Below are positions 32,980 through 48,155 of a DNA stretch of 64,000 nt, piece by piece. This DNA is from an uncultured Acidobacteriota bacterium (GTDB taxonomy: Bacteria > Acidobacteriota > Vicinamibacteria > Vicinamibacterales > 2-12-FULL-66-21): the NCBI GenBank assembly GCA_963786615.1, contig CAWAZT010000003.1:138007-202006 (forward strand), written 5' to 3'. Made by a program: the position numbers and the translations under genes. The first letter of the stretch is position 1. Each line of letters opens with the position of its first letter. The notes beneath the pieces were generated by a model, which saw only the letters and a list, made by a program, of their open reading frames with translations, had not been told where the DNA came from and did no database searches.

Positions 32980-34705
32980 ATGACGCGAACCTGGCTGTCG
33001 TCCGCGGTTGTCGCCGGGCTTGGGGTCGTCGCCGCCTGTGGCGGTAACCCGAAGCCCCAAACGAAGGCGCCGGCTCCCTCCCCGCAACGACCGTCCAGCG
33101 CTCCCGTAAGCACCAGCCCCGGCTCCCGCTGCCATCGACCCGATCACCGCGCTGATTGAGACCTCGCAGCGGCACTTCGACGAGGGGGAGCGCGAGTTCA
33201 ACGCCGGCCATCTGGATCGCGCCCGTCTGGCGTTCGACCAGGCCATCGAGGTCCTGCTGGAATCGCCGTACGGCGCCCGTACCGACGCCAGACTCCGCGA
33301 GCATTTCGATCGCCTGGTCGATCGCATCAACGCGTTCGAGGTCACGGCGCTGGCGCGCGGCGACGGCTTCACCGAGAAGAACTACGAGGCGGCGCCGATC
33401 GACGAGCTGCTGAAGAACGCGACGACGTTTCCGGCTCCGCCAGCGGACGAGGCGACGAGAGCGGCAGTCGCGGCAGACCTGCAGCAGACGGCTCACGACA
33501 TCCCCATCCCGCAGGAGCCGAAGGTCCTGTCCTACGTGGAAGTGTTCCAGACGCGGCTTCGGGACTACATCCAGGAGAGCCTGCAGCGCGGCGCGCGCTA
33601 TCTCCCGATGATCCAGAGCGTGTTCCGCGCCGAAGGCCTTCCCCTCGACCTCGCCTACATTCCCATCATCGAAAGCTCGTTCAAGACCAACGCGTTGTCG
33701 AAGGCCAGCGCCAAGGGGCCGTGGCAGTTCATGAAGGCCACTGCGCAGGAGCACGGGCTGAAGACGAACTGGTTCATCGACGAGCGGTCGGATCCCGAGA
33801 AGGCGACGCAGGCGGCCGCGCAGTATCTCAAGACCCTGAGCCGGATGTTCGACGGCGATTGGAATCTCGTCCTCGCCGCCTACAACGGTGGGCCTGGGCG
33901 GGTGCAGCGCGCGATGAAGCGTTCTGGACGGTCGGATTTCTGGTCGCTGGCCGCGGCGGGCCCGAAGTACCTGCCACGCGAGACGCGCGAGTACGTGCCG
34001 ATGATCCTCGCCGCCATGATCATCGCGCGGAACCCATTGCAGTACGGCTTCGATGTCATGGACGCCGAGCCGATTGCCTACGACAAAGTGGCTATCCCAC
34101 GGGCTGTCGACATCCGTCGCGTCGCCGAATGGGCGGGAACGAGCGTCGACGAAATCCAGGCGCTCAACCCGGAGCTCCGGCGCTGGACCACGCCGGTGAA
34201 GTATCCCGACTACGAGGTCAAGGTGCCGGTCGGGAGCGCCGAGCGCTTGAGCGCACGGCTGGCGGAAGCCGCCCCGTCGGACTTCACCACCTTGAAGTGG
34301 TACACGGTGAAGCGCGGCGACACGCTGCTGAACGTCGCGCGAAAGTTCGGCGTCTCGCGTGCGGAGCTCGCCGAAGCGAACAACCTGAAAGTGAAGTCGG
34401 CGGTGCGTGCGGGTCAGGAACTGATCATCCCGAGAGCCCCGGCCACGATGGTCGCCGCCCGCGCCGAGCGCGCCGTGCCGAACGCGGTCGCCTCGCGCTC
34501 GCTGTCGTCGTCGGCCCCGGCGCCCGAAGGCCGGGCCTCGCAGCAGGTCACGCAGATCACCTATCGCGTCAAGCGCGGCGACACGCTCTCGTCGATCGCC
34601 GAGCTGTTCGACACGAGCGTCGCCAAGATCAAGAGCTGGAACCGCCTGCACGGCAGCTCGATCGCGGCCGGCACGAAGCTCAAGATTCTCGCCAGCGCGC
34701 GCTGA
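32980..34705 (+). CDS. MltD-like lytic transglycosylase lipoprotein with two LysM domains; frameshift near 33125
   Basis: VAAC lipobox; IIESSF...AKGPWQFM; LAAYNGGPG; LPRETREYV; YTVKRGDTL and YRVKRGDTL LysM starts. Confidence 0.9.
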
Positions 34706-34860
34706 CGCGACCTGCGGGAGTGAACAATCCGCGACTGTCAACGCCGGCCGTGATCGGCAATTCCTGCGCGCTCGCCTTTCCAGGTTGCGCAGCGGCCCTC
34801 CGTTTTCTCAGCAAATCCGATCCGCATCAGGCTGAGCGGCGCCTTGCACCAGGCTGCGGT

Positions 34861-36362
34861 GTGCTGGCGTGTGTACGGACGGCCGCGGTCTTCGGAATCG
34901 ATGCTGCGCAAGTGAACGTCGAGGTCGACGTGTCGTTCGGCCTGCCCGCGTTCACCATGGTGGGCCTTCCGGACCCGAGCATCCGCGAGAGCCGGGATCG
35001 CATCCGCAGCGCAATCCGCAACTCCGGCTTCGAATTCCCGCCGCGCCGAATTACCGTCAACCTCGCGCCAGCCGATGTCCGCAAAGCGGGTTCGGCGTTC
35101 GACCTTCCTATCGCGCTCGGGATCCTCGCTGCAACCGGTGACGTCCGCCGTCGCAATGTCGACGACGTGCTGGTGCTCGGAGAGTTGTCGCTCGACGGGG
35201 CCATTCAGCCGACACGAGGCGTGCTGCCGATCGCGGCCGCGGCGCGCCGGCGGCGATTTCGCGGCCTGCTGCTGCCCCACGCCAACAGTCGTGAGGCCGC
35301 GGTCGTCAGCGGCCTCGACTTCTATCCGGTGCACTCCCTGCGGGACGCGGTCGAGGCGCTGAACGATCCAAAGCCCGTGGCGCTGCCGCCGGAGACGGCC
35401 GGCGACACGACGGACGCCGTCCACGGCGACTTCGCGGATGTGCGGGGACAGGTGATGGCGCGGCGCGCGCTGGAGATTGCGGCGGCCGGCGGCCACAACG
35501 TCCTCCTGGCCGGTCCGCCCGGCTCCGGCAAGACGATGATGGCGAGGAGAGCGGCCGGAATCCTTCCACCCCTGACGTTCGACGAGGCGCTCGAGGCGAC
35601 CGCCATTCATTCGGTCGCGGGTCTCCTCGGGTCAGGCCTCGGGCCTGCTCCGTGCGCGGCCGTTCCGCGCGCCGCACCACACCGTCTCTGACGTGGCACT
35701 CGCGGGAGGCGGCAGCGTGCCGCGGCCCGGAGAGATCAGCCTCGCGCACCATGGCGTGCTGTTTCTCGACGAGATGCCGGAGTTCAGTCGCCGGGCGCTC
35801 GAAGTCCTCCGCCAGCCGCTCGAGGACGGCGTCGTGCGCATCGCACGCGCGCAGCGGACGGCGGTCTTCCCTGCCCGCTTCGTGCTGATTGGCGCGATGA
35901 ATCCCTGCCCGTGCGGATATCTCGGCGACCCCCGTCGGGCGTGTCGATGTTCGCCGGCGCAGGTGGATCGCTACGCCGGACGCATCTCGGGACCGCTGCG
36001 CGATCGCATGGACCTGACCGTCGATGTGTCGGCGCTGGCCGGCGACGACTTGACGTCAACCAATAAGGGAGAAGTGCACAGCGGCCATTCGCGTGCGCGT
36101 CGAAGCGGCACGCGTCAGGCAGAACGAGCGCGTGGAGTCTCTGGGTGTCGCGCTCAACGCCCGCCTCGCGCCACGGGCGCTGCGCGAGGCCTGCAACCTC
36201 GACCCGGCGGGCGAGCGGCTGTTACGACGGGCGGCCGAAGGTCTCGGCCTGACGGCACGTGCGTTCGACCGCCTGCTGCGCGTCGCGCGGACGATCGCGG
36301 ACCTCGACGACGCGGATCGCGTGCGTCCCGATCACCTCGCCGAGGCGCTGCAGTTCAGATAG
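34861..36362 (+). CDS. comM: YifB/ComM Mg-chelatase-like ATPase, frameshifted
   Basis: VGLPD...[63 protein letters not shown]. Confidence 0.93.
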
Positions 36363-36456
36363 ATTTGGTGATTTGGCGATTTCGTAATTGAGGGAGTGAG
36401 TGATTTACCGATGCGTGATCGGTCACCAAATCACGATCACCAAATCACCAAATTAC
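36362..36456. repeat. Inverted arrays of an 8-bp unit (gatttggt / accaaatc)
   Basis: gatttggt gatttggc gatttcgt ... tcaccaaa tcacga tcaccaaa tcaccaaa between convergent stop codons. Confidence 0.8.
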
Positions 36457-38619
36457 CCCTTCGGCTTCGCCGATCTCGCCCTCGCCTCTTCGAGATGCTT
36501 CTTGTACAGATCGTTCGACGGCGCGAGATCGAGCGCACGTTGGAACGCCGGCAGCGCGTGCACCGGCAGATTCTTTTGCAGGTAGATCCAGCCCAGGGTG
36601 TCCTGAGGCTCCGGGCGATCGCGCAGTTCTTCAGTTGCGACGGTCGCGAACTTCAACGCCTCGTCGAACTGGCCGTCCTCGGCGAGGATCCACGCCAGGT
36701 TGTTCGCGGCGACCGCCGCACGAGGATGCTTTGCCAGCACATCACGATACTGCCGCCGCGCCCCGTCGCGGTCGCCCTTCTGCTCCAGGATCATCCCGAT
36801 CATGGTCGGTGGGCCTGCGGCCTCCGGCGCGTGGCCGGCCATCGTCCGGTACTTGTCGAGCGCCGAGTCGATCTGGCCTTGCTTGAGATAGATCTCCCCG
36901 AGCAGCTCGTAGGCGTCGAGCCGCGACGGCTGCGCCTGGACGATACCGAGGAGACGCCGTTCGGCGGCGTCCGGCTTCTTCTCGAGCAAATCGAGACGCG
37001 CGGCAAGCATCTGCTGCGCTCGGGTCGTGCGGCTGCTTGGCGAGCCAGCCGTCAACGCGCGCCCGCGCCCTGGTCGTGTCGCGCAACGCCACGTCGCTCG
37101 CGACGGCGCCCACACGCGCGTCTTCGTAGCCCGGCGCGCGATTCAGCGCCTGGTCGAAGAGACGCCGCGCATCGTCGGCACGGTGCGACGACAGCTCGAC
37201 CCATCCGGATTCGGTCAGCAGGCGCGGATCGTCCGGGCTGGCCTTGATCCGGTCGGCCAGCTCGCGGCGTGCGCGATCGAGCTGGCCCTGGGCGCGCAGG
37301 CTGCGAACCATCAGCACGGCGGCCTCGATATCGTCCGGCCGCGCCGCCGCGGCCTCCTCGGCCGCGTTGAGCGCACCTGCCGAATCACCTCGCGCGAGCC
37401 GCAGACGGGCAAGCTGCAGTTGCGGCGCCGCGGCGCGCGGGTTCAGCTTCGCGCTTTCGAGGAACGCGCGCTCGGCCCCCTCGAAGTCCTTCCGCGTGAT
37501 GGCGACGAGCCCGGCGGTGTAATGCGCGGCCGTCGACCCGGTGTCGGCGTGGACCGCCGCCTGGGCCTGACGTGCGGCCTCGTCCAGATCGCCGTGGCTC
37601 GCGAGCAGCAGCCGCGCTTTCAGGATGTGCCCGTCAGGGCTTCGCGGCTTCTCGCTGATCAGCGCGTCGGTGAGCCGAAGCGCGTCTGCCGTTTTTCCGC
37701 TCTCGTACTGGATCGTCGCAATGCGCAGCTTCGCTTCGCGCTGGGCCTTCTTGTCGGTGATCCCGTTCAGGACGGCGAGCGCTTCATCGCGGCGGCCGAG
37801 GCCGCTGTAGAAGTCGGCGAGCGCGAGCGTGCCGTCAGGCGAATCCGCGGCGAGCGCCTTGAAGTGCGGCTCCGCTTCTGGCGCTCGACGATCGCTCAGA
37901 TAGAACAACGCCATCGCGCGGTGCGCGAGCATGTTGTCCGGCTCCGACGCCAGCGCCGCCTTCAGCTCCCGCTCGGCTGCCGCATGATCGCCGACGGCCC
38001 AGTCGTAGTTGGCCAGCGCCAGACGCGGCGCCACGGACTTGGGATCGAGCTGTACCGCCTTCTGGAACGACTCCTTGGCCTTTTCCGAGCGTCCGCCAGC
38101 CAGCTGCACGGCGCCGAGCGCGGCATAGGCGGGCGCGTATTCGGGATCCAGCGTGATGGCCTGCTCCATCTGCTTGATCGCGCGGGTCGTGTCGTTCAGT
38201 CCGGCCAGAGCGTTCCCGAGGAGAATGTGCCCCGCCGCGCTCTTCGGATCCGTTTTCAGCGCGAGCTCCGCACGGGCGCGCGCTTCATCGTACTCGCCGG
38301 CCATCAGCAGCAACTCGCCCGACTGCAACTGCGCGTCGAGATTCGACGGGTCGAGATCCGCCGCCTGCGAGTAGGACCCGTACGCCTTCACGGGATCGCC
38401 GGTTTCCATGTACGCGCGCGCGAGCTTGTAGTGGACGTCGGCGCGCGACGGCTGCGCGGCGAGCGCGTTGCGATACTCGAGAATCGCTTCCTTGAACTTG
38501 TGTTGCGCGACGTAGGCGTCGCCCGCGGCAATGTATCGCTGGGCCTTGACCTTCGGATCCCGGCTGCACGCGGCGAGGGGGATCACGGCGATCAGCACAC
38601 AGAGAAGAAAGCGCTTCAT
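36453..38619 (-). CDS. TPR-repeat lipoprotein (PrsT-like, PEP-CTERM system); frameshift near 37020
   Basis: MKRFLLC...LAAC lipobox, many TPR repeats, AANNLAWIL...DTLGWIY; immediately downstream of epsI and the exosortase. Confidence 0.88.
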
Positions 38620-39253
38620 GGCAGGTAGGTGGAAAGTGAGGGATAGAGGGAACGGGCGAAATCGGTGGCGGCCGCATCGGCCGCCTGGAGCGCCGCCGGT
38701 CGCGGCCGCGACGGGAGCGACGACCCTGACGAGCGATCCGTTGGTACGATGCAAACGCGCGGCATCGACCATCAGCCAGAGCTTGTTTGCGTACTCGTTG
38801 GCGATCACGCGGCCGCGTCCTTGATACCAATACAGAACGACCTGACGGTTCAGGCCCTTCTGAACCATGTAGCGGTTGACGACAAGCGAACGACCACCGA
38901 GGTCGAGCGTCGTGCGTCCGCTCTCGACGGCCTGCCATCCGGCGCCCGGCAGACAGTTCTGCGGCGAGTGAATCGTGTCTCCTTGCCGCTGACTCGCGTA
39001 GTACCCGATGTAGAGGCTGACCGGCGGCGTCGACGGTCGTTGGTAGACACGATTGACGTAGTCGTCGACGCCGAGGACCCCGAGCGACTCGTCGTCGATC
39101 GGCAAATCTCCCGCGGCATGCCATGCGCCCGAGCTCAATCGGGAGCGCCGCCAGCGGTTCGCGCGAGACCGCACGCTCGCTGCCGGCAACGCGGGAGCCG
39201 TATACGCCGACGGCCACGATCACGGCGGCGAGCACACCAGCACGCGTCAGCAT
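38616..39253 (-). CDS. epsI: EpsI family exosortase-associated protein, frameshifted
   Basis: LYIGYYASQRQGDTIHSPQNCLPGAGW, VLYWYQGRGR, GSLVRV. Confidence 0.9.
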
Positions 39254-40113
39254 CACGCCTCGATAGCCGCGCTGGGATTCGTCGCGAACGGCGCAGGCAT
39301 CGTTCGTGAGAACACCCGTTGCGCGAGCAGGAGCAGACCGAACGCCGCGACGAACACGAGCCATCCGGAAAATGCGTGGAAGAAGCCTTCTGCCGCCTCC
39401 GGGCCGATCCAGTTGGCGGCCAGTCCGGTGCCCGCCACGCGGGCCGCGTTTGCGGCGATGGCGACGGGAACGGTAAGGAACGCGAGCAGCACTCGAACCC
39501 AGAGGCGCGGCTCGGTCAATTTGCCCAGCAGGATTCCGAGCGTCAGCAACGAGACGAGCGATCGAATCCCGCTGCACGCTTGCGCGACTTCGAGCTTCGT
39601 GGACGCAAGCTCGAGGACATTCCCTTCGCGCACGACCGGGACGCCCGCCATCGTCAGCACGCCCTCGCCGACGCGCGAGGCAAACAACTGCAGCGGAAAC
39701 GCGATCTGGTTGAAGACCATCGCCGGCAGCGGCACCATCAGAATCAGCAGCAGCAGTGGAAACGCCAGCAGCCGGACGTGGCGCCACCCGAACAGAAACC
39801 AGATCGAGCCGGCCAGCACGCCGATCAACGAAATGCGAGTGAGGAAGAGTTCAGCGCCGAGGAGCCCGGCCAGAAAAATGGCAAGGCTCCCCGCGACAAT
39901 GACCAACCCGGCAGCGGACGGCTGCGCCGGAAGTGCGCTGAGCGCGCGCCGCCGCTGCCAGGCGAAATAGACGGCAAACGGAATGATGATGAAGCCGTGT
40001 GAGTAGTTCTCGTCGCTCGCCCATTGCCGGACGAGCGACGAGAGCACGGGGAAGTACACCCCAACAATAGCCGCACAGACGAGCGCCGATGAAACGATCG
40101 ATCGCTTCGTCAT
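39253..40113 (-). CDS. Exosortase (EpsH/XrtA family)
   Basis: Multi-TM; YSHG, FPLQ, VAQACSGIRS (catalytic Cys), ANAARV (Arg), FFH (His). Confidence 0.94.
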   Translation of the reverse strand: MTKRSIVSSALVCAAIVGVYFPVLSSLVRQWASDENYSHGFIIIPFAVYFAWQRRRALSALPAQPSAAGLVIVAGSLAIFLAGLLGAELFLTRISLIGVLAGSIWFLFGWRHVRLLAFPLLLLILMVPLPAMVFNQIAFPLQLFASRVGEGVLTMAGVPVVREGNVLELASTKLEVAQACSGIRSLVSLLTLGILLGKLTEPRLWVRVLLAFLTVPVAIAANAARVAGTGLAANWIGPEAAEGFFHAFSGWLVFVAAFGLLLLAQRVFSRTMPAPFATNPSAAIEA

Positions 40114-40121
40114 GGGCCCGA

Positions 40122-40818
40122 CTACGCCGAGCGCTGACGCCGATAACCGATCAGTCCGAGAAGTCCCGTGCCGAGCAGCACCATCGAAGCCGGCTCAGGA
40201 TTCTTCGTCAGATCACCGCCGTTGACGCTCAGCCGCAGCAGGAAATTGCGGCCGCCCCAGTAATCGCGGAGCCCGAACGTGACGTGCGCTACGCCGTTCG
40301 AGAATCCGGAGAACGTGATCAGGTCGCGAGCGTTGGTCATCTCGTCCGCGAACACCGTGGCCGAACCGCCGCCGGCGAACGTCGCGCTCCGCTCGAGCCC
40401 ATGGCTCTGCGCGAAGCTGAGTCCGTCGTGCGTCGTGGACGTGGAGAAGCCGGCCGGGACATACGACGGCTGATTCGCAATGCGCAGGATCCCCGGCATT
40501 CAGCCCATCCGACAGCGGATCGAGCACCTCCGCCGTCAACTCCGTCCACGGACTGGCCGCCGGATCGACAATGTCGAACGTGACCACATAATCCTTGTTC
40601 CGCTGAAGACCGTCGATCGAGATGAACCCGCTCGAGCCGCCTTTCAGCGAAAGACTACCGAGGTCAATCGTCAACATGCCGGTCGTGAACGTCGTCTCGT
40701 CGGCCGTGAACCCACTGCTTGGGCTGCTCACGGTCAGCGAAATCGGCTCCGCGCGTGCGGCTGGCGCCATCAGCGCCATCGCACACCCGAACGCCAGTGT
40801 TACCCCGAGTGCTCTCAT
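40122..40818 (-). CDS. PEP-CTERM sorting-domain protein; frameshift near 40480
   Basis: Signal peptide ending ARA|EPI; C-terminus NPEPASMVLLGTGLLGLIGYRRQR. Confidence 0.9.
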
Positions 40819-40914
40819 AGCACCTCCAATCCAATGTCCTGCAGCCGTCTGCGCAGGGTGCTTGCTCCCTTCGATACCGACCTCGGCTGCGGCAGGCCGG
40901 CCAGCACGGACAAG

Positions 40915-41109
40915 CTAGGGCACGTACCGACGGACGGCGCTCGCCACGCCGAGCAGCGTCGCACCGGATACCAACATCCAGACGAGCTCGTCCGCTCGCG
41001 TTGCATGGCCGCTGGCCATCGTGGTGGCAGACGCCAGCGCGACAGGAGCGGCCGCGAACGCGACCAGCCCGAGCAGAGCGAGTACCCCTAGGACAATCGT
41101 TGCCTTCAT
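40915..41109 (-). CDS. 64-aa two-helix protein with a degenerate PEP-CTERM-like tail
   Basis: Signal-like N-terminus, short linker, ADELVWMLVSGATLLGVASAVRR; first gene after a sigma54 motif. Confidence 0.6.
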   Translation of the reverse strand: MKATIVLGVLALLGLVAFAAAPVALASATTMASGHATRADELVWMLVSGATLLGVASAVRRYVP

Positions 41110-41183
41110 TTCCCGATCCGATTCCGCCGATGTGAGAACCTTTGCCCATTCACCGGCTGTTAGCAGGGTCCGACAGACCCAAC

Positions 41184-41199
41184 TGCAAGCTGCCGACCA
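41184..41199 (-). promoter_or_regulatory. Sigma54 -24/-12 promoter
   Basis: Minus strand TGGTCGGCAGCTTGCA (GG-N10-GC with TTGCA), 75 nt upstream of the PEP-CTERM/exosortase operon. Confidence 0.65.
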
Positions 41200-41284
41200 G
41201 CCTGGCTACCCCGGCCATTTTTGTTTGGCACTCGACAGGGCGCTGTGTTACATTCCGTTGTTCTCGAGCCTGACTACCAACCCG

Positions 41285-42187
41285 ATGCGCGGCAGACGTT
41301 ACTCACTGGTCATCGCAGACCGCCAAACCGGCGCGGTGCGCCGCTTCACCGTGGCGCTCTGGCCCGTCATTGGAGCGGTCGTCGCGGTCTATTCGCTTCC
41401 CATTCTCATCGGCCTCGGCGCACGCTGGAGCGCGCGATCCGCGATCGATCAACTGCAGGCGTCGAACGCGGCCTTGCAGGTCGAGAACGCGAGCTATCGC
41501 GAAGCGACCGGGCAACTCGCCGACCAAGTGGCCGCGCTGCAGACCGCCGTCAACGAGCTGGGTGATCACGCGGTGGTCGATCCGGCCGCGAGCCGCGCAA
41601 TGGAGCGACTGCCGGCGATCGTGAAATCGCGCGCCATGGGCGGCTCCGAGATCGGCGTCGCTTCGTCCGATGCTCTCGAGCGCGCTCGGTCCGCCCGATA
41701 CGGTCTTCGGCGTGCTGAGCGATCTGCTCGGCGTCATCAACAGCCGCCTCGAATCCGTCCGCGACAGCGTCGAGCGACGCCACGCCCTGGCCATGGCAAC
41801 CCCGTCGATCTGGCCGGTCGCGGGTTGGCTCTCTTCGAGCTTCGGGACACGGAAAGATCCGTTCACCTGACAGCAAGGACTTCCATCCCGGGCTGGATAT
41901 TTCCGCGGACTACGGGCAGCCCGTGCTCGCCACGGGCGACGCGCACGTCGTCGCCGCCGGCATGAACGGCGCCTACGGCAACATGGTCGTCCTCGATCAC
42001 GGGTTCGGTATCACGACCAGGTATGGCCATCTCTCGCGGATCGTCGTTGCCGATGGCCAGCAAGTGAAGCGCGGGGATTTGATTGGTTTCGTCGGGATCG
42101 ACCGGCCGTTCGACCGGCGCGCATCTGCACTACGAGGTGTGGATGAACGGGCGCCTCACGAACCCTCTGACGCTGCTCGCCAGATAG
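41285..42187 (+). CDS. M23 family metallopeptidase, frameshifted
   Basis: TM plus coiled coil; TPSIWPVAG, FHPGLDI (HxxxD), YGN, TRYGHLS, HLHYEV (HxH). Confidence 0.9.
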
Positions 42188-42209
42188 CCGGGCGCCCGTC
42201 CCTCCCGTC

Positions 42210-42745
42210 TTACGCGTCCTTCCGCCGTCTCAGCCCGAACAGGCCAAGCGCACCCGATCCCAGGAGAATCATCGATGCCGGTTCCGGCGTGGCCGCCAAC
42301 TGCGGCTCGCCGGGGTGCTCCGACAGACGATGGTCTCGCAGCCGATCACGCCACTGCGCCCAGAAAGCCTGCAGCCTTCTTCGCGTCGAAGTTCTTGTGA
42401 CCGTTCCAGAACCAGCCAAGATGCAGGCCCTGGTTCCAGTGATTGCCCAGGAACAGCGCGTCGCGGTCCGCATGGAACTTCGCCATCGTCCAACCGGCCG
42501 GGAGAGACGACGCGTATCCGCGGACGAAGTCCTCGTCGTCGAAGCGGAACACGCGCTCGTCCCGCCACAGGAACAACGCGCGCGATCGCGCCGAGTCTGT
42601 CCGCTGCCGTGAGATTGTCGAACCGGTCCATCTCCCGACACGCGCCGAGCCCTGAGTTCTTCGCGGCTGCCATCGGTTCCGCCCGCGCCGGCGCGGCAGC
42701 CCCCAGCGCCGCCGCCACAACCATCACTCCAACCACCTTCCTCAT
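42210..42745 (-). CDS. PEP-CTERM sorting-domain protein, frameshifted
   Basis: Signal peptide MRKVVG...ARA|EPM; C-terminus TPEPASMILLGSGALGLFGLRRRK. Confidence 0.85.
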
Positions 42746-42831
42746 GTCGCCACCTCGTTTCCCTTTCCGGGCAAGGAAATGCCGAGAACAGCGGCCCGCA
42801 CACGCGATCCGGCGTTCCTGTCGGCGAGCAG

Positions 42832-42847
42832 AGCAATTACGCCGCCA
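42832..42847 (-). promoter_or_regulatory. Sigma54 -24/-12 promoter
   Basis: Minus strand TGGCGGCGTAATTGCT, about 87 nt upstream of the PEP-CTERM gene start. Confidence 0.7.
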
Positions 42848-42858
42848 TGGCGTGTCAG

Positions 42859-43062
42859 CCGGGTGCTCCGCGGCCGCCGTGGCCCGGATAGAACGTCTCC
42901 GCGTGGTCGGCGTCCTCCGCGGCCTGAGATCCGTCTCCGCGAGCTCCGCGTCCTCGGCGGCCCGGAGATAGACCGTGTCCGCGTGCTCCGCGACCCGAGA
43001 TGAAGTGTCTCCGCGTGGTCTGCGTCCTCGGCGGCCCGAGATGAAGAGCCTCGCGTGGTCCG
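42859..43062. repeat. Degenerate tandem repeat, five to six units of about 32-42 bp
   Basis: Approximate unit ccgcgtg(g/c)tc(c/t)gcgtcctcggcggcccgagat(g/a)aagtgtct. Confidence 0.75.
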
Positions 43063-43175
43063 CACGCTCCTGGCCCGTGGCCGCCGCAAAGCGCTGGATC
43101 CACGCCCGTTGGCTGGTTGACCGCTGCGAGCCTGTCCCGTACAATCATTTGATACCCGGACCGTAGTTCTCCTGC

Positions 43176-47654
<4,479 letters not shown>

Positions 47655-47656
<2 letters not shown>

Positions 47657-47716
47657 GGCAGAAGGTAGAAGGAGAAGGCAGAAGGTGATTCCTTGTGCCT
47701 TCTTCCTTATGCCTTG
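47655..47716. repeat. Inverted arrays of a 7-bp unit (aaggcag / tgcctt)
   Basis: aaggcag aaggtag aaggag aaggcag aagg ... ttccttg tgccttc ttcctta tgccttg at the guaB/tsaE convergence. Confidence 0.75.
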
Positions 47717-48155
47717 ACCGTGATCCGCGCCTGTCATCCCCGTCATCCTCAATCGACACCTCGACGACGCCGCTGCCGCCGGGCCGGCCCTTCCACCGTT
47801 CGGCCCACTCGATCGCGACGATGCCCTCGCCGGCGACGAGGTCCTCGAGGCCGAGATCGTCAACCTCCGCCGGCTCGAGGCGATACAAGTCGACGTGATA
47901 GAGCGTCGCGGTTGAACCCGGATACTCCTGGACGATCGTGAACGTCGGGCTGGACACATCCTCGGGGTTCGCGCCAATCCCACCGGCCAGGCCGCGAACG
48001 AACGCGGTCTTCCCCGCTCCGAGGTCCCCGTACAACAGAACGACGTGACCGGGCTGGAGCGTGCGTCCGAGTCGCTCGCCGGCGGCAATCGTCTCCTCCT
48101 CGGAGAGCGTCGAGGCCTCGAGCGCGCCGTCGGCAGGCGATCCGATGTCGTTCAT
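47707..48155 (-). CDS. tsaE: tRNA threonylcarbamoyladenosine biosynthesis ATPase TsaE
   Basis: LYGDLGAGKT, VSSPTF, HVDLYRL, AIEWAE; the true end is probably ...RITVKA* at 47707 after an indel. Confidence 0.93.

Noticed and set aside
36742-39189. EpsI-TPR fusion (815-aa ORF), and likewise the mltD-comM (33721-35691) and kinase-nagB (10582-11397) joins
   Set aside because: Artefacts of indels or read-through frames; the TPR gene has its own ATG and lipoprotein signal at 38619 and comM its own start at 34861.
42859-43062. Possible CRISPR array
   Set aside because: Units are degenerate and adjacent with no unique spacers, and there are no cas genes in the window.
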